Shown here in pieces: positions 7,968 to 17,145 of a stretch of 49,067 bases of DNA (position 1 is its first letter; each line of letters begins with the position of its first letter). The stretch covers positions 1 to 49,067 of the forward strand of contig JBNMJR010000001.1 in NCBI GenBank assembly GCA_050873925.1, given 5' to 3'. The stretch is from Acetatifactor sp. Lineage in GTDB: Bacteria; Bacillota; Clostridia; Lachnospirales; Lachnospiraceae. The notes beneath the pieces are model-generated. The model worked only from the letters and a program-made list of their open reading frames with translations. It was not told where the DNA came from and ran no database searches. Made by a program: the position numbers and the translations under genes.

Positions 7968-9470
7968 CTAATTACCGGTATTTTCTGTTGCCTCCAGAGA
8001 TCCTATATAGGCCTTCTGCCTCTCGATCTCAAAAGAATATCCATATTTGCTTTTTACTTTCACATTCATTGCAACTTCCACAATGCAGGCATCCAGTCGG
8101 AATGCCCTGTTGCCCGGGGTATTTCGAATATCCATTTCCACCACATTCATAGCCCGGCAGGTAACAGTCTGCTCCTCACAGAGCAGCAAAAATATTCTCA
8201 GATAATCTTCATATCCCATTCCCGATGAATCAGAGGTATCTTCTTCGGAAGTCCCGGACAGTTCTCCCTGCAATGCGGATGAAAGCCCGTAATGCCAGGT
8301 GTCATCCGTTTTTAACAGAGGGATCTTTTCCCCGGCAAGAAGTTCCTTTACATCATAAACACTTTCTGCAAAAGCCCATCCCAGGATGAGTGTAGCCGTA
8401 AGCAGCCCTGCGATTTCAGGAACCATCATTGCCGCCGCAAGTACCTCTCCCAGGGCTTCCGCTATAGCATATTTTTCCTCACATCCGGTCAGATACAGGG
8501 TATTGGCGGCCTCTCTGATGGCAAATATCCGGTTCACTACCCCCTTCAGATTGTCCGGGTCATTATCCTTGCCTATGATAATATATTCTGTCTGATACCA
8601 TAGAGGACTGTCCTGTTTCTCCTGACCGTACCGTCCCAGATACCGTAACAGATACTCATGGAAAAAAACTTTTTGTTTTAACGCTTCCGGTCCTTCATAT
8701 TTTTCCGCAGTCCCCGGGACCAGATTTCCGCAGTTGATTTCTCCCCGCTCCATCCGCATCTCCAGCAACGACTCCGTTTCTATCCTGCGGTAGGAGATAT
8801 CTTGTTCCTCTGTTACCAGCTTTAACAGACCTTTTCTTTTCTCTTCCAGGGCTGCGGTAGGATTCTCTATATGAACAGTTTTGCCTTCCGGTGTCTCCTT
8901 GCCGTCATATTCCCGGATCTGTGCATCGATCTGCTGTTTTTGTCCCGCAATATCCTGTCGCTCCAATCCCCGGGATTCTATGATCTGCAGCCAGTCCGTC
9001 AGTTGCTGTAAGAGTCCGATTCCCACCGTATCCTCTATGGCATCGACAGCAACCTGTCGAAAGACTTCTCCTTCGCCATCCGTCAGAAATGCTGTTTTCA
9101 CAGTCTGCGCCTCTTCTGCCCGAACAGCAAAAAAATCCCGGTACAACAGTTTTTCGAGAAACACATCCTCCAAAGAAAAGTTACGGTTCATATACTCCAG
9201 CAAATGGCTCTCCGTCAGCTTTGTCGAAGCATTTTCCGTCCCGTAAGAACAGTCTATGGCAAACAGATTGTACTGTTTCTGCAGTTCTCTATGATATTCA
9301 GCCAGGATACTATCCATTCCGATATCCATGACGCATTCCGTTTCCAGTGATATTCCACGATACCGGCATCCCTCAATCAAAGCAAGACACAAGGCCATGA
9401 TCACCGTAACCGTAAGTGCCAGATATACCGTCATATAGCCTCCCGGTTTTACACTTCTCACGGATGTCAT
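7968..9470 (-). CDS. DUF5702-like large pilin (TadG-like)
   Basis: GG|YMTVYLAL pilin-like N-terminus lacking E5; EYLLRY, EYII.G..D..NL and YEDYLRIFL patterns. Confidence 0.75.
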   Translation of the reverse strand: MTSVRSVKPGGYMTVYLALTVTVIMALCLALIEGCRYRGISLETECVMDIGMDSILAEYHRELQKQYNLFAIDCSYGTENASTKLTESHLLEYMNRNFSLEDVFLEKLLYRDFFAVRAEEAQTVKTAFLTDGEGEVFRQVAVDAIEDTVGIGLLQQLTDWLQIIESRGLERQDIAGQKQQIDAQIREYDGKETPEGKTVHIENPTAALEEKRKGLLKLVTEEQDISYRRIETESLLEMRMERGEINCGNLVPGTAEKYEGPEALKQKVFFHEYLLRYLGRYGQEKQDSPLWYQTEYIIIGKDNDPDNLKGVVNRIFAIREAANTLYLTGCEEKYAIAEALGEVLAAAMMVPEIAGLLTATLILGWAFAESVYDVKELLAGEKIPLLKTDDTWHYGLSSALQGELSGTSEEDTSDSSGMGYEDYLRIFLLLCEEQTVTCRAMNVVEMDIRNTPGNRAFRLDACIVEVAMNVKVKSKYGYSFEIERQKAYIGSLEATENTGN

Positions 9471-9482
9471 AACGAATTTTCC

Positions 9483-9665
9483 TTATATTTTCTTAGTCTG
9501 ATTTGTGATTTTTGTGAAAATAGAGTTGACGACCTCCGTAATCTTCTCTTTAAAAATGATGACCAGTCCTACCAGCACCACGATGATCAGTATTACTTCC
9601 ACCGTACCCATTCCATCTTCCTCTGTTAAAAACTGACGAAAAGATTTTAATTTATCGTTACCCAT
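9483..9665 (-). CDS. Flp1-like type IVb/Tad major pilin
   Basis: 60 aa, FLTEEDG|MGTVEVILII followed by a hydrophobic helix. Confidence 0.9.
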   Translation of the reverse strand: MGNDKLKSFRQFLTEEDGMGTVEVILIIVVLVGLVIIFKEKITEVVNSIFTKITNQTKKI

Positions 9666-9683
9666 AACTATACCTTCCTTTTC

Positions 9684-11057
9684 TTATATTCCCGCATTCG
9701 AAAACGCAGGCACCATGATCATTACCATTACCACAACAAGCAGCATTACCATCGGCAGGAGCAGTTTTGTCGTTGCTTCCTCACTGAGTTTTCTGGCATT
9801 CTGCATTCGTAATTCTTCCGCCTGCGCGGACTCTTCTTTTAATTGCTGCAAAAGTGTGGAACTGCCTTTTTTCAGATTTTGCATCAGTAATGTGCTCAGC
9901 CGCACATATTCCCTGACTCCCGTTCTTTTTCCAAAGTTCTCATATGCTGTTCCTTCCGGCACACCCATATGTATCTCCCGGGTCGCTATCAGCATTTCCT
10001 CGTAAGCTTCCCGACAACGTCCCCCGCGCTTTCTTTCCTTCTCATAATCTTCCGCGACCCGGCAAAATGCGGACCGAACTGTCAATCCTGCTTCCAGATA
10101 CAGTGTCAGTTTTTGCAGAATTTCCGGATAGGTTCTACGTTCCTCCCGCTTTTTCTTCTCCACCAGATCATGCAGATCTTTATCCTGAAAGAAAAAGACT
10201 GCTGCCGCCACCAGCAAGGTCCCCGTCAGAATCTTCCACCCTGTCTCCGGAACATCTTCTTCCCAGGAAATCTTTTTGCCCTCAAGCTCTCCGGGAAGCC
10301 GGATTTTTTCATTTTCCGGATCTTCCTCCTGTGCCTGCTGCAGCAATTCCGACAGTTTATTTTTTTCCCATTCCTGCGGTGTCTCGTTCTTTTTTGCTAC
10401 AGTTACACTAACCTCTGTCTCTCTGACAAATTCCCCGTATTGCATCTCCACCCTCAACAATACCGGTATATCCTCCTGTCCGGGGTGTATCCTTCCATTC
10501 TCTTCAACAACTTCCGCAGATTCACTTTTCCAGGTCATCAGAAACGGAAATCCTTCATAAGTTTCCAATAATTCCAGATCCTCTCTGACTGCATCGGAAG
10601 AATCATTTTTCCCCAGGATCAGCTGTGGCAGTTCTTTCCCGAACTGCTCATACAAATCCTCCAATTCGCTTTGACTATACTTGCGAGGCATCACTTCCAT
10701 CTGAAAAGAATATGGTTCGCCGTCCTCTATTCGTCCGGTAATGCTGTATTTCTGCACACCCTCTTCCCCGGATCCCCGATACACCCATTGATCCTGCAGA
10801 ATATGGTTTTCCCGGCCACTGTAATGTATCATAACGGCAAGCATTGTCCCCGCGATCAGTATAGCCGCAGAAAGTGTCATCTTTGTCACATAATAGTCTG
10901 TCATACACTCCTGCTGATTTTCTCCCGGATGCATGCGGTTCAGATCCGCCTTTACTTTATCTTTTCCGGGCATCGGTATTCTCCACAAATGCAGCTTTTT
11001 ATAACAAAACATCATGATTTTATAGAAAAAACGCAGGATACCTTTCTTGCCTATCAT
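9684..11057 (-). CDS. tadC: TadC-like (T2SS F family) platform protein with a large extracytoplasmic insertion
   Basis: C-terminal LYLEAGLT..AF, FGKRTG, NLKKG, TKLLLPM T2SSF pattern. Confidence 0.82.
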   Translation of the reverse strand: MIGKKGILRFFYKIMMFCYKKLHLWRIPMPGKDKVKADLNRMHPGENQQECMTDYYVTKMTLSAAILIAGTMLAVMIHYSGRENHILQDQWVYRGSGEEGVQKYSITGRIEDGEPYSFQMEVMPRKYSQSELEDLYEQFGKELPQLILGKNDSSDAVREDLELLETYEGFPFLMTWKSESAEVVEENGRIHPGQEDIPVLLRVEMQYGEFVRETEVSVTVAKKNETPQEWEKNKLSELLQQAQEEDPENEKIRLPGELEGKKISWEEDVPETGWKILTGTLLVAAAVFFFQDKDLHDLVEKKKREERRTYPEILQKLTLYLEAGLTVRSAFCRVAEDYEKERKRGGRCREAYEEMLIATREIHMGVPEGTAYENFGKRTGVREYVRLSTLLMQNLKKGSSTLLQQLKEESAQAEELRMQNARKLSEEATTKLLLPMVMLLVVVMVMIMVPAFSNAGI

Positions 11058-11063
11058 CTCTTT

Positions 11064-11831
11064 CTACAGTTCCTCCTCGATCTGATCCAGTATCTTCTCT
11101 CCCAGCAGATATGCTCCCACATAAACCGCCAGACAGAGGGTCATTACCGCAATGCCTGTTACGCTATGATAGAGTGTCCCAAAATATCCCGGATAAGCAG
11201 CGGCGATATAAAGAGAAATCCCAAACGGCATGGCCTCCATTACCTTTTGTTCCAGCCTTCTCCCCTGTAACATGGTCAGCATTTCCTGCGTGGTTTCCAC
11301 TTTATTGCTGATCACCTCTGCTGTGGTCCGTATGATCTGTGTAACATTTCCGCCGCCTCTCTTGGCAATGTTCAGAATAGCGGAAAACTGCTCAATTTCC
11401 TCAATGCCGCTCCGTTTTGCCAGATCACCGACCAGTTCTTCCAGTGTAATATTCAGTATCATTCCTCTGCGGATCAGTTCCAGTTCCCGGTACATGGCAG
11501 ATTGCTCACCGTACAACATCCGTATATCCTCCCGGCTTTCCAGAAAAGCATTTTCCAACGCATATCCGGTTCTCAGAGAATTTGCCACAGACAAGATGCA
11601 TTCTTTGAATTGTATGGTCAGTTCCTGTCTGTTCTTCCGGCACTGCCTATTGACGCATCTGCGAAAATAGAGAACTCCTAAAGGAAGCAATGCCGGAACC
11701 GCCCAGAAAGAGTGGTAGAAAAACCAGGCAAAAAATAGAACTACCCCGGACGTCTGTGCCAGCAGCCGCATGCAGTCTCCCCGCTTCTGAAAAGCTTTAT
11801 GATAATCCTGCTGCCTTAAGCTTTCCTTCAT
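11064..11831 (-). CDS. tadB: TadB-like (T2SS F family) platform protein
   Basis: QFKECI..SLRTGYALENAF and AKRGGGN patterns; directly follows the ATPase (start could be 11771). Confidence 0.85.
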   Translation of the reverse strand: MKESLRQQDYHKAFQKRGDCMRLLAQTSGVVLFFAWFFYHSFWAVPALLPLGVLYFRRCVNRQCRKNRQELTIQFKECILSVANSLRTGYALENAFLESREDIRMLYGEQSAMYRELELIRRGMILNITLEELVGDLAKRSGIEEIEQFSAILNIAKRGGGNVTQIIRTTAEVISNKVETTQEMLTMLQGRRLEQKVMEAMPFGISLYIAAAYPGYFGTLYHSVTGIAVMTLCLAVYVGAYLLGEKILDQIEEEL

Positions 11832-13014
11832 GAAGTAATTCTCCTTTTCTCCGCAGCCTGCCGACTACTTTTCCTTCACTGCTTTCCCCCAGTTCTTCAA
11901 ACTGGTACAAAGGATTCAGACGTATTTCTCCGTTCTCGCAGCCCACGACCTCCGTAATCTCAAGCACTCGTCTGCTCTTATCACGGATTCGCCCCAGATG
12001 TACAATAACATCCACTCCCGAGGCGATCTGGTTGCGAATAGCCGTCAGCGGAAGATCCATTCCCATCAGAACCATATTTTCCAGTCTTGCCAGCATATCC
12101 GTGGCACTGTTGGCATGTCCGGTGGACATGCTTCCGTCATGGCCGGTGTTCATGCACTGCAGCATGTCGATAGCCTCCGGTCCACGGACCTCCCCTACGA
12201 TAATCCGATCCGGCCTCATCCGCAGGGAAGAACGGATCAGTTCCCGGATCCCGATCTCTCTGCATCCTTCGGTATTACCGTTGCGGGTCTCTAAACGTAC
12301 CAGATTGGGAAGTCCCTGCAACTGCAATTCTGCGCTGTCTTCTATGGTGATCACCCGCTCTTCTGCCGAAATATAGCCGGACAAGACATTTAAGAATGTT
12401 GTCTTGCCGCTTCCCGTCCCACCGCTGACAAAAATATTGTAGCCTGCCTTCACCAGCGTCTCCAGAAACTGGGCCGCCTCCAGTGAAATGGTTTCCAGGC
12501 CGATCAGTTTCTGCATGGTGATGGGCTTGTCCGGGAATCTTCGGATCGTGACGATCGGACCGTTCAGAGCAATGGGATTCATGACAATATTTACTCTGGA
12601 ACCGTTGTTCAACCTGGCATCTACGATGGGTGACGCTTCATTGACCACTCGATTACATCCCGCCACGATCTGCTGGATGACGTCCTGCAATTTTTCCATG
12701 GAATCAAATGCACGATCCAGCTCCCGTAACTGTCCGTCCTGTTCTACAAAAATGTGATCCATACCGTTGATCATGATCTCCGTAACGGAACTGTCCTCCA
12801 CAAAGATCTGCAGGATATCCAGTCTTCGCAGGGAATCAAACAATTCCTTGCGCAGACGTCTCCGCACTTCTACCGGACATAACTCCAGGCTCTCCTGCTC
12901 CATAAGTACTTCATCAATCGTATCCTCCACTTCTTCATCCGTATAATCTCTTCCGTAATCCAGTCTTTCCTGTACCATCTGACGAAGTTTTCTTCTCTGC
13001 TCTAAATAATCCAT
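11797..13014 (-). CDS. tadA: CpaF/TadA pilus assembly ATPase
   Basis: Walker A GGTGSGKTT, IEDSAEL, LRMRPDRIIVGEVRG, TGHDG. Confidence 0.95.
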   Translation of the reverse strand: MDYLEQRRKLRQMVQERLDYGRDYTDEEVEDTIDEVLMEQESLELCPVEVRRRLRKELFDSLRRLDILQIFVEDSSVTEIMINGMDHIFVEQDGQLRELDRAFDSMEKLQDVIQQIVAGCNRVVNEASPIVDARLNNGSRVNIVMNPIALNGPIVTIRRFPDKPITMQKLIGLETISLEAAQFLETLVKAGYNIFVSGGTGSGKTTFLNVLSGYISAEERVITIEDSAELQLQGLPNLVRLETRNGNTEGCREIGIRELIRSSLRMRPDRIIVGEVRGPEAIDMLQCMNTGHDGSMSTGHANSATDMLARLENMVLMGMDLPLTAIRNQIASGVDVIVHLGRIRDKSRRVLEITEVVGCENGEIRLNPLYQFEELGESSEGKVVGRLRRKGELLHEGKLKAAGLS

Positions 13015-13030
13015 TTGTCCTTCTCCTGTT

Positions 13031-14035
13031 CTACTCTTCCAATGTCTCTATTTCTTTTCTCACATAATCTGCCAGTTCCCCTCTGGTATACTGTTCCATT
13101 TCCGCGGGAAGGCGCTGAAAGTACGGTAAACTCACCTTTCTGGTCTTCCCTTTTACTTCCTCTTTCTCGCACAGTGACAGTAGTTGTTCATATTGATCCA
13201 GTTTACACTGTGACATCTTGTCCTCTCTGGTCAGTGTAAATACTTTGATGCACATCTGCAGGACATCCAGCAGACCCTGTATACTTTCACTCAGATCCAG
13301 GATGACATATTCGTATTTGCCCAGTTCCTCAATTCTCTGGAACAGGCTTCTCCATTCTTCCCAGGTGATCCCTAACAGGTTTTGTCCGTTCCGCATGGGC
13401 GGAATATAATCCAGGTTGCCTTTCCTCTGAATAACCGTCTGCATACGGAGAGGAAATTTTCCTTCATCTCCCGCCAGAAAATAAAGCAGATCTGCCAGAT
13501 CCCGGTTCTGTCTCTCCGGAAGCAGTTCTGTAATTCCCACATAATGTTCAAAGTTCAGATACAGCGTTGGATGTTTTTCAGCCATCAGCTGGGCGAAAGT
13601 CAATGCAAAAGAGCTTTGAAGGCATCTGTGAACCGGAGAATACATTCCGATAAAGCGGGTCCTATATTCCGCGCATAACAGTGGCATCCGTATTCCCGTC
13701 GTCTCCACATACAGCGCCAGCAGTTCCTTCCACACCTGTCCCGCTTCCTGATATTTGTTAATATTTGGAAACTGGTGAAAGCGGAGGGTTCCACTCTCAT
13801 TTAAAATTGCCTGACATGCCGGTTGTAATGTGTTCAAGGCTTCCTCACAGGAGGATTCCGCCACCACCAGCATTGTTACTTCTCCGCTTTTCTCTCCCGC
13901 CAACAGCTCTTCTGCCCTGGTATAAGTATGAATCTGCCAGGGCAGTTCCTTTTGTCTCTTCAGGTATTCCGAAAAAAGTCTCGCGTATTCTTCCTCCCTG
14001 TCATATAGAACCAGCACCGGTTCCTTTTGTTCCAT
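13031..14035 (-). CDS. TadZ/CpaE-like protein (receiver-like domain plus degenerate ParA/MinD domain)
   Basis: NKYQ motif, degenerate Walker A YSPVHRCLQSSFA, LYLNFE, YVILD; ATG overlaps the upstream TGA (TGATG). Confidence 0.75.
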   Translation of the reverse strand: MEQKEPVLVLYDREEEYARLFSEYLKRQKELPWQIHTYTRAEELLAGEKSGEVTMLVVAESSCEEALNTLQPACQAILNESGTLRFHQFPNINKYQEAGQVWKELLALYVETTGIRMPLLCAEYRTRFIGMYSPVHRCLQSSFALTFAQLMAEKHPTLYLNFEHYVGITELLPERQNRDLADLLYFLAGDEGKFPLRMQTVIQRKGNLDYIPPMRNGQNLLGITWEEWRSLFQRIEELGKYEYVILDLSESIQGLLDVLQMCIKVFTLTREDKMSQCKLDQYEQLLSLCEKEEVKGKTRKVSLPYFQRLPAEMEQYTRGELADYVRKEIETLEE

Positions 14036-14565
14036 CAATACATTCCTCCCATATACATCAATGCACTGCAGAACACCGGTCCCGCCATGCAAATTCCAGC
14101 TCTTGTACTTTCCCGTTCTCCGGCAAAATAAAGTTTCCATCTTCCGCATCGGAATACGTCCCATAAGTACTCTCCCAAATAGTACAGACGGTCTTTCATA
14201 TTGCGTTCCAGGTACATTTTAAAAAGTGCGATCACTGCTGCAATCGCAAGCGCGAAAAACAGAAAATAATGAACTTTATTCCAGGGGAAAAAACCGGCAC
14301 AGACTCCCAACATCTTAACATCCCCGGCTCCCATGGCTCCGATCCAAAAAACAAAATAAAACAATACCGTTATCAGCAATGCACTTGCCAGATATTCCAA
14401 AACGCCTTTGTACCCGCCGCTGATCAGACGATACCCCAGGCCTGCAAATATACAGCATAAGATCAACCAATTGGGTATCCTTCGCGTTTTGTAGTCAAAA
14501 CAGCACGCTATTGCCAAAAAAATACACAATACCCCAAATATCTCATCTCCTTCTCCTGATTTCAC
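14035..14565 (-). CDS. Prepilin peptidase A24 (TadV/CpaA-like)
   Basis: FDYKTRRIPN and GAGDVK catalytic motifs; exact start uncertain. Confidence 0.88.
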   Translation of the reverse strand: MKSGEGDEIFGVLCIFLAIACCFDYKTRRIPNWLILCCIFAGLGYRLISGGYKGVLEYLASALLITVLFYFVFWIGAMGAGDVKMLGVCAGFFPWNKVHYFLFFALAIAAVIALFKMYLERNMKDRLYYLGEYLWDVFRCGRWKLYFAGERESTRAGICMAGPVFCSALMYMGGMY

Positions 14566-14717
14566 ATCATTTTTATGTGTATAGTCCTACCGTCACCTTC
14601 CTCCCAACTATTCAAAATCAGTCTTCTGGTAATGCGGGATGAATCTATCCCAAAATAGAAATTTTAAAAGATCTTATAAGATGCTCTGAACAACCATCGC
14701 GATTGGTTGTAAGATGG

Positions 14718-14746
14718 ATTATAAAGGCTCGACTTACGTCTGGCAA
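14718..14746 (-). promoter_or_regulatory. sigmaA promoter of the tad operon
   Basis: TTGCCA-17 nt-TATAAT. Confidence 0.75.
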
Positions 14747-14864
14747 TACTTTTTTCGAAAAAAGATAAACTTTAGTACATTTTAACAATCAGGTTCTTTT
14801 TTCTCTTTTTTAAACATCCGCAAGTGCGCTATTTTACGCACTTTTCGCATGTCAAAATACTTTT

Positions 14865-15137
14865 TTATAATATTTCATAAATACTGAGTCCGTACAGCAT
14901 CGCAATGCCCGGAACTCCAAGGGTTCCGGCTGTCAAAATGCTCACTGCATTGATCCCCACCGCAACAGGAAATCCGAGGAATGATACGCCCATATTAATA
15001 AAATAAATGGCAATAGTCCCCATAATACCACGCAAGGTAAAATTGAGCAGCCATTCTGCTTTTTTCCCCAAAAAGCTTATAAGCAGCAGTAATGCCGCCA
15101 CTCCTATCAGCCATAATAAATTTTCCGGATGTTCCAT
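14865..15137 (-). CDS. bofA: Pro-sigmaK processing inhibitor BofA family protein
   Basis: 90 aa, 3 TMs, IN....VGIN......G.LGVPG pattern. Confidence 0.8.
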   Translation of the reverse strand: MEHPENLLWLIGVAALLLLISFLGKKAEWLLNFTLRGIMGTIAIYFINMGVSFLGFPVAVGINAVSILTAGTLGVPGIAMLYGLSIYEIL

Positions 15138-15276
15138 TGTTATCCCCGTATTTCCAACAATTCTTTATCCTAATCTATTCGTCCTTCCGTATAAAAATGT
15201 CTTCCGCTTTCCTCCATGTCAGGTATATTTTTCCTTTTTTGTTCCTATACTGTTAGCAGAAAGGACGGATAATGTT

Positions 15277-15573
15277 ATGAAAATCTTTTTTAGCCAGGCA
15301 GATGCCTCCCCGGAAATCATCGAAGAAGATTTCTCTCCCATAGACCTGAAAGAATCCATAAGAAAAACCCGCCAGGCGCTGGAAATCGCCTATGCGGGTT
15401 TCGATAATGCTTTGGAAAGTGATCTCATCGACAGTTATATTTATGAGATCAATGCACTGCAGAAAAGGTATCAGCATCTCACAGAGCTGGCCGCTCTGCA
15501 GCCGGTGGAGCAGGAAAAAACGTTATACACGCATTCCCCGATTCGAGCCCTGGTCAGCCATGTTTTCGGTTAA
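15277..15573 (+). CDS. YaaL/DUF2508 family protein
   Basis: A..GFDNA.E.DLIDSYIYEINALQKRY.HL pattern; start MKIFF after AAGGACGG. Confidence 0.8.
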   Translation: MKIFFSQADASPEIIEEDFSPIDLKESIRKTRQALEIAYAGFDNALESDLIDSYIYEINALQKRYQHLTELAALQPVEQEKTLYTHSPIRALVSHVFG

Positions 15574-15990
15574 CTGGTTCCTGCCGTAAGTCAGGCCTGC
15601 ATATACTGTCTGTGAATTGTTCATCACAGGCCCGGAAGTATCCTGATCCTGGATCTGTTTATAAGCGTCACAGAGAGGTGCGATCACTTTGCGGACTTCT
15701 TCCAATATCGTACGCTCTCTGCGGACTTCACATACAGCAAGTCTGCGGAGACAGAACAGGTACAGTCTGGAAAGCTCTCCCGCCGGGCTGTATTCTCTAT
15801 GCAGAGAGTTCAGGAGCTCTTTGATACATCCCCTGGCTCTATGAACGGCTTCCACCAGCCCTGCCTCATCTGCCGCCTGTTCTCCGTCTGCCAGATATTG
15901 CAAGGTCATTTCATACAGGATCACGATCAGTTGTGTGGAATTTGCCTGTGTGATCCGAAGCGTAAATTGTTGTTTACATTCTTTTGTCAT
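15523..15990 (-). CDS. fliS: Flagellin chaperone FliS
   Basis: QA...QLIVILYE, ELLNSL..E....ELSRLY pattern; directly downstream of flagellin. Confidence 0.85.
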   Translation of the reverse strand: MTKECKQQFTLRITQANSTQLIVILYEMTLQYLADGEQAADEAGLVEAVHRARGCIKELLNSLHREYSPAGELSRLYLFCLRRLAVCEVRRERTILEEVRKVIAPLCDAYKQIQDQDTSGPVMNNSQTVYAGLTYGRNQLTENMADQGSNRGMRV

Positions 15991-16019
15991 TCTGCCATGT
16001 CCTCTTATTCAGAACTTTC

Positions 16020-17132
16020 CTACTGTAACAGCTGCAGTACCTGAGACGGTCTCTCATTGGCCTGTGCCAGCATGGAGGTTCCTGCCTGTGCCAGAATCTG
16101 ATATGTGGTATAAGAAGTCATTTCCTCTGCCATGTCCACATCCATAATACGGGAATAAGCAGACGTCATGTTCTCACTGGTGATATCCAGGCTGTTGATG
16201 GTGGATTCCAGACGGTTCTGGAACGCACCCAGTCTGCCTCGAACGGAAGATACATATTTGATGGCGCCGTCTACACGGTCAATGGCATCCTCCGCACCTT
16301 CTTTTGTGCTGACATCAATATTCTCAATTCCCATATTCTGCAAGGAAACAGCAGGAATATTTACCTCCAGCACCTGATTTTCATTGGCTCCGATCTGTAA
16401 ACGCATGGCACCGATACCTGTGGCATCGATCGTCAGGCCTGTAATCGGCGCACCTATCTGTGCTCCACTCACATCAAGACGCATCTCAAATCCGTTTTCT
16501 CCGGTAATGGTCAGGAGATCATCCTTCAGTTCCGTCTTCAGCGTCTTCGCGTCCGGGAAACCGGCTCCAAAATCCACATCTCCGTCCAGCACGGTATTAC
16601 CATCTGCATCTTTTGTCAATGACAGGGATTTTATGGTATATTCTTTCACCGGCACATCGGTAGAATAATAATTTACTTTGATATCCTGCTTGTTGGTATA
16701 GCCCTTCAGATCATACTCCCCATTCAGCAGTTTCTGTCCGTTGAACTCTGTTACGTCAGAAATTCTGGTGATTTCCTCTTTCAGCTGCTTTACTTCATCC
16801 TGTACGGTAGCTCGGTCATCATCCGTCATTATACCGTTGGCAGCCTTGACGGAGAGCTCATTGATTCGCTGCAGCATCTCACTGATCTCGGTCATGGCGC
16901 CATCTGCAATCTCGATAATGGATACGCCGTCGCTGGCATTCTGGTTTGCCACGGACAGGCCCTCGATCTGGGCGTTCATACGTTTGGACATTGCCAGTCC
17001 TGCCGGATTATCCTCTGCATGATTGATCTTTAATCCGGAAGAAAGTCTCTCTAATGATTTGGACAGCAGGTCATCATTGGTAGATAAGGCATTGTTGGAC
17101 AACATTGCCGATACGTTGTAATTAATTCTCAT
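16020..17132 (-). CDS. fliC: Flagellin
   Basis: MRINYN..LERLSSGLKIN.A.DNPAGL N-terminus; RGRLGAFQNRLE and SRIMDVDMAEEM..VLQLLQ C-terminus. Confidence 0.95.
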   Translation of the reverse strand: MRINYNVSAMLSNNALSTNDDLLSKSLERLSSGLKINHAEDNPAGLAMSKRMNAQIEGLSVANQNASDGVSIIEIADGAMTEISEMLQRINELSVKAANGIMTDDDRATVQDEVKQLKEEITRISDVTEFNGQKLLNGEYDLKGYTNKQDIKVNYYSTDVPVKEYTIKSLSLTKDADGNTVLDGDVDFGAGFPDAKTLKTELKDDLLTITGENGFEMRLDVSGAQIGAPITGLTIDATGIGAMRLQIGANENQVLEVNIPAVSLQNMGIENIDVSTKEGAEDAIDRVDGAIKYVSSVRGRLGAFQNRLESTINSLDITSENMTSAYSRIMDVDMAEEMTSYTTYQILAQAGTSMLAQANERPSQVLQLLQ

Positions 17133-17145
17133 GTGTTGTTACTCC

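Noticed and set aside
15140-15276. Sporulation sigma (E/G/K) promoters for bofA and yaaL
   Set aside because: Only weak matches (e.g. GTATA-17-CTATACTG) in AT-rich DNA; not supportable by eye
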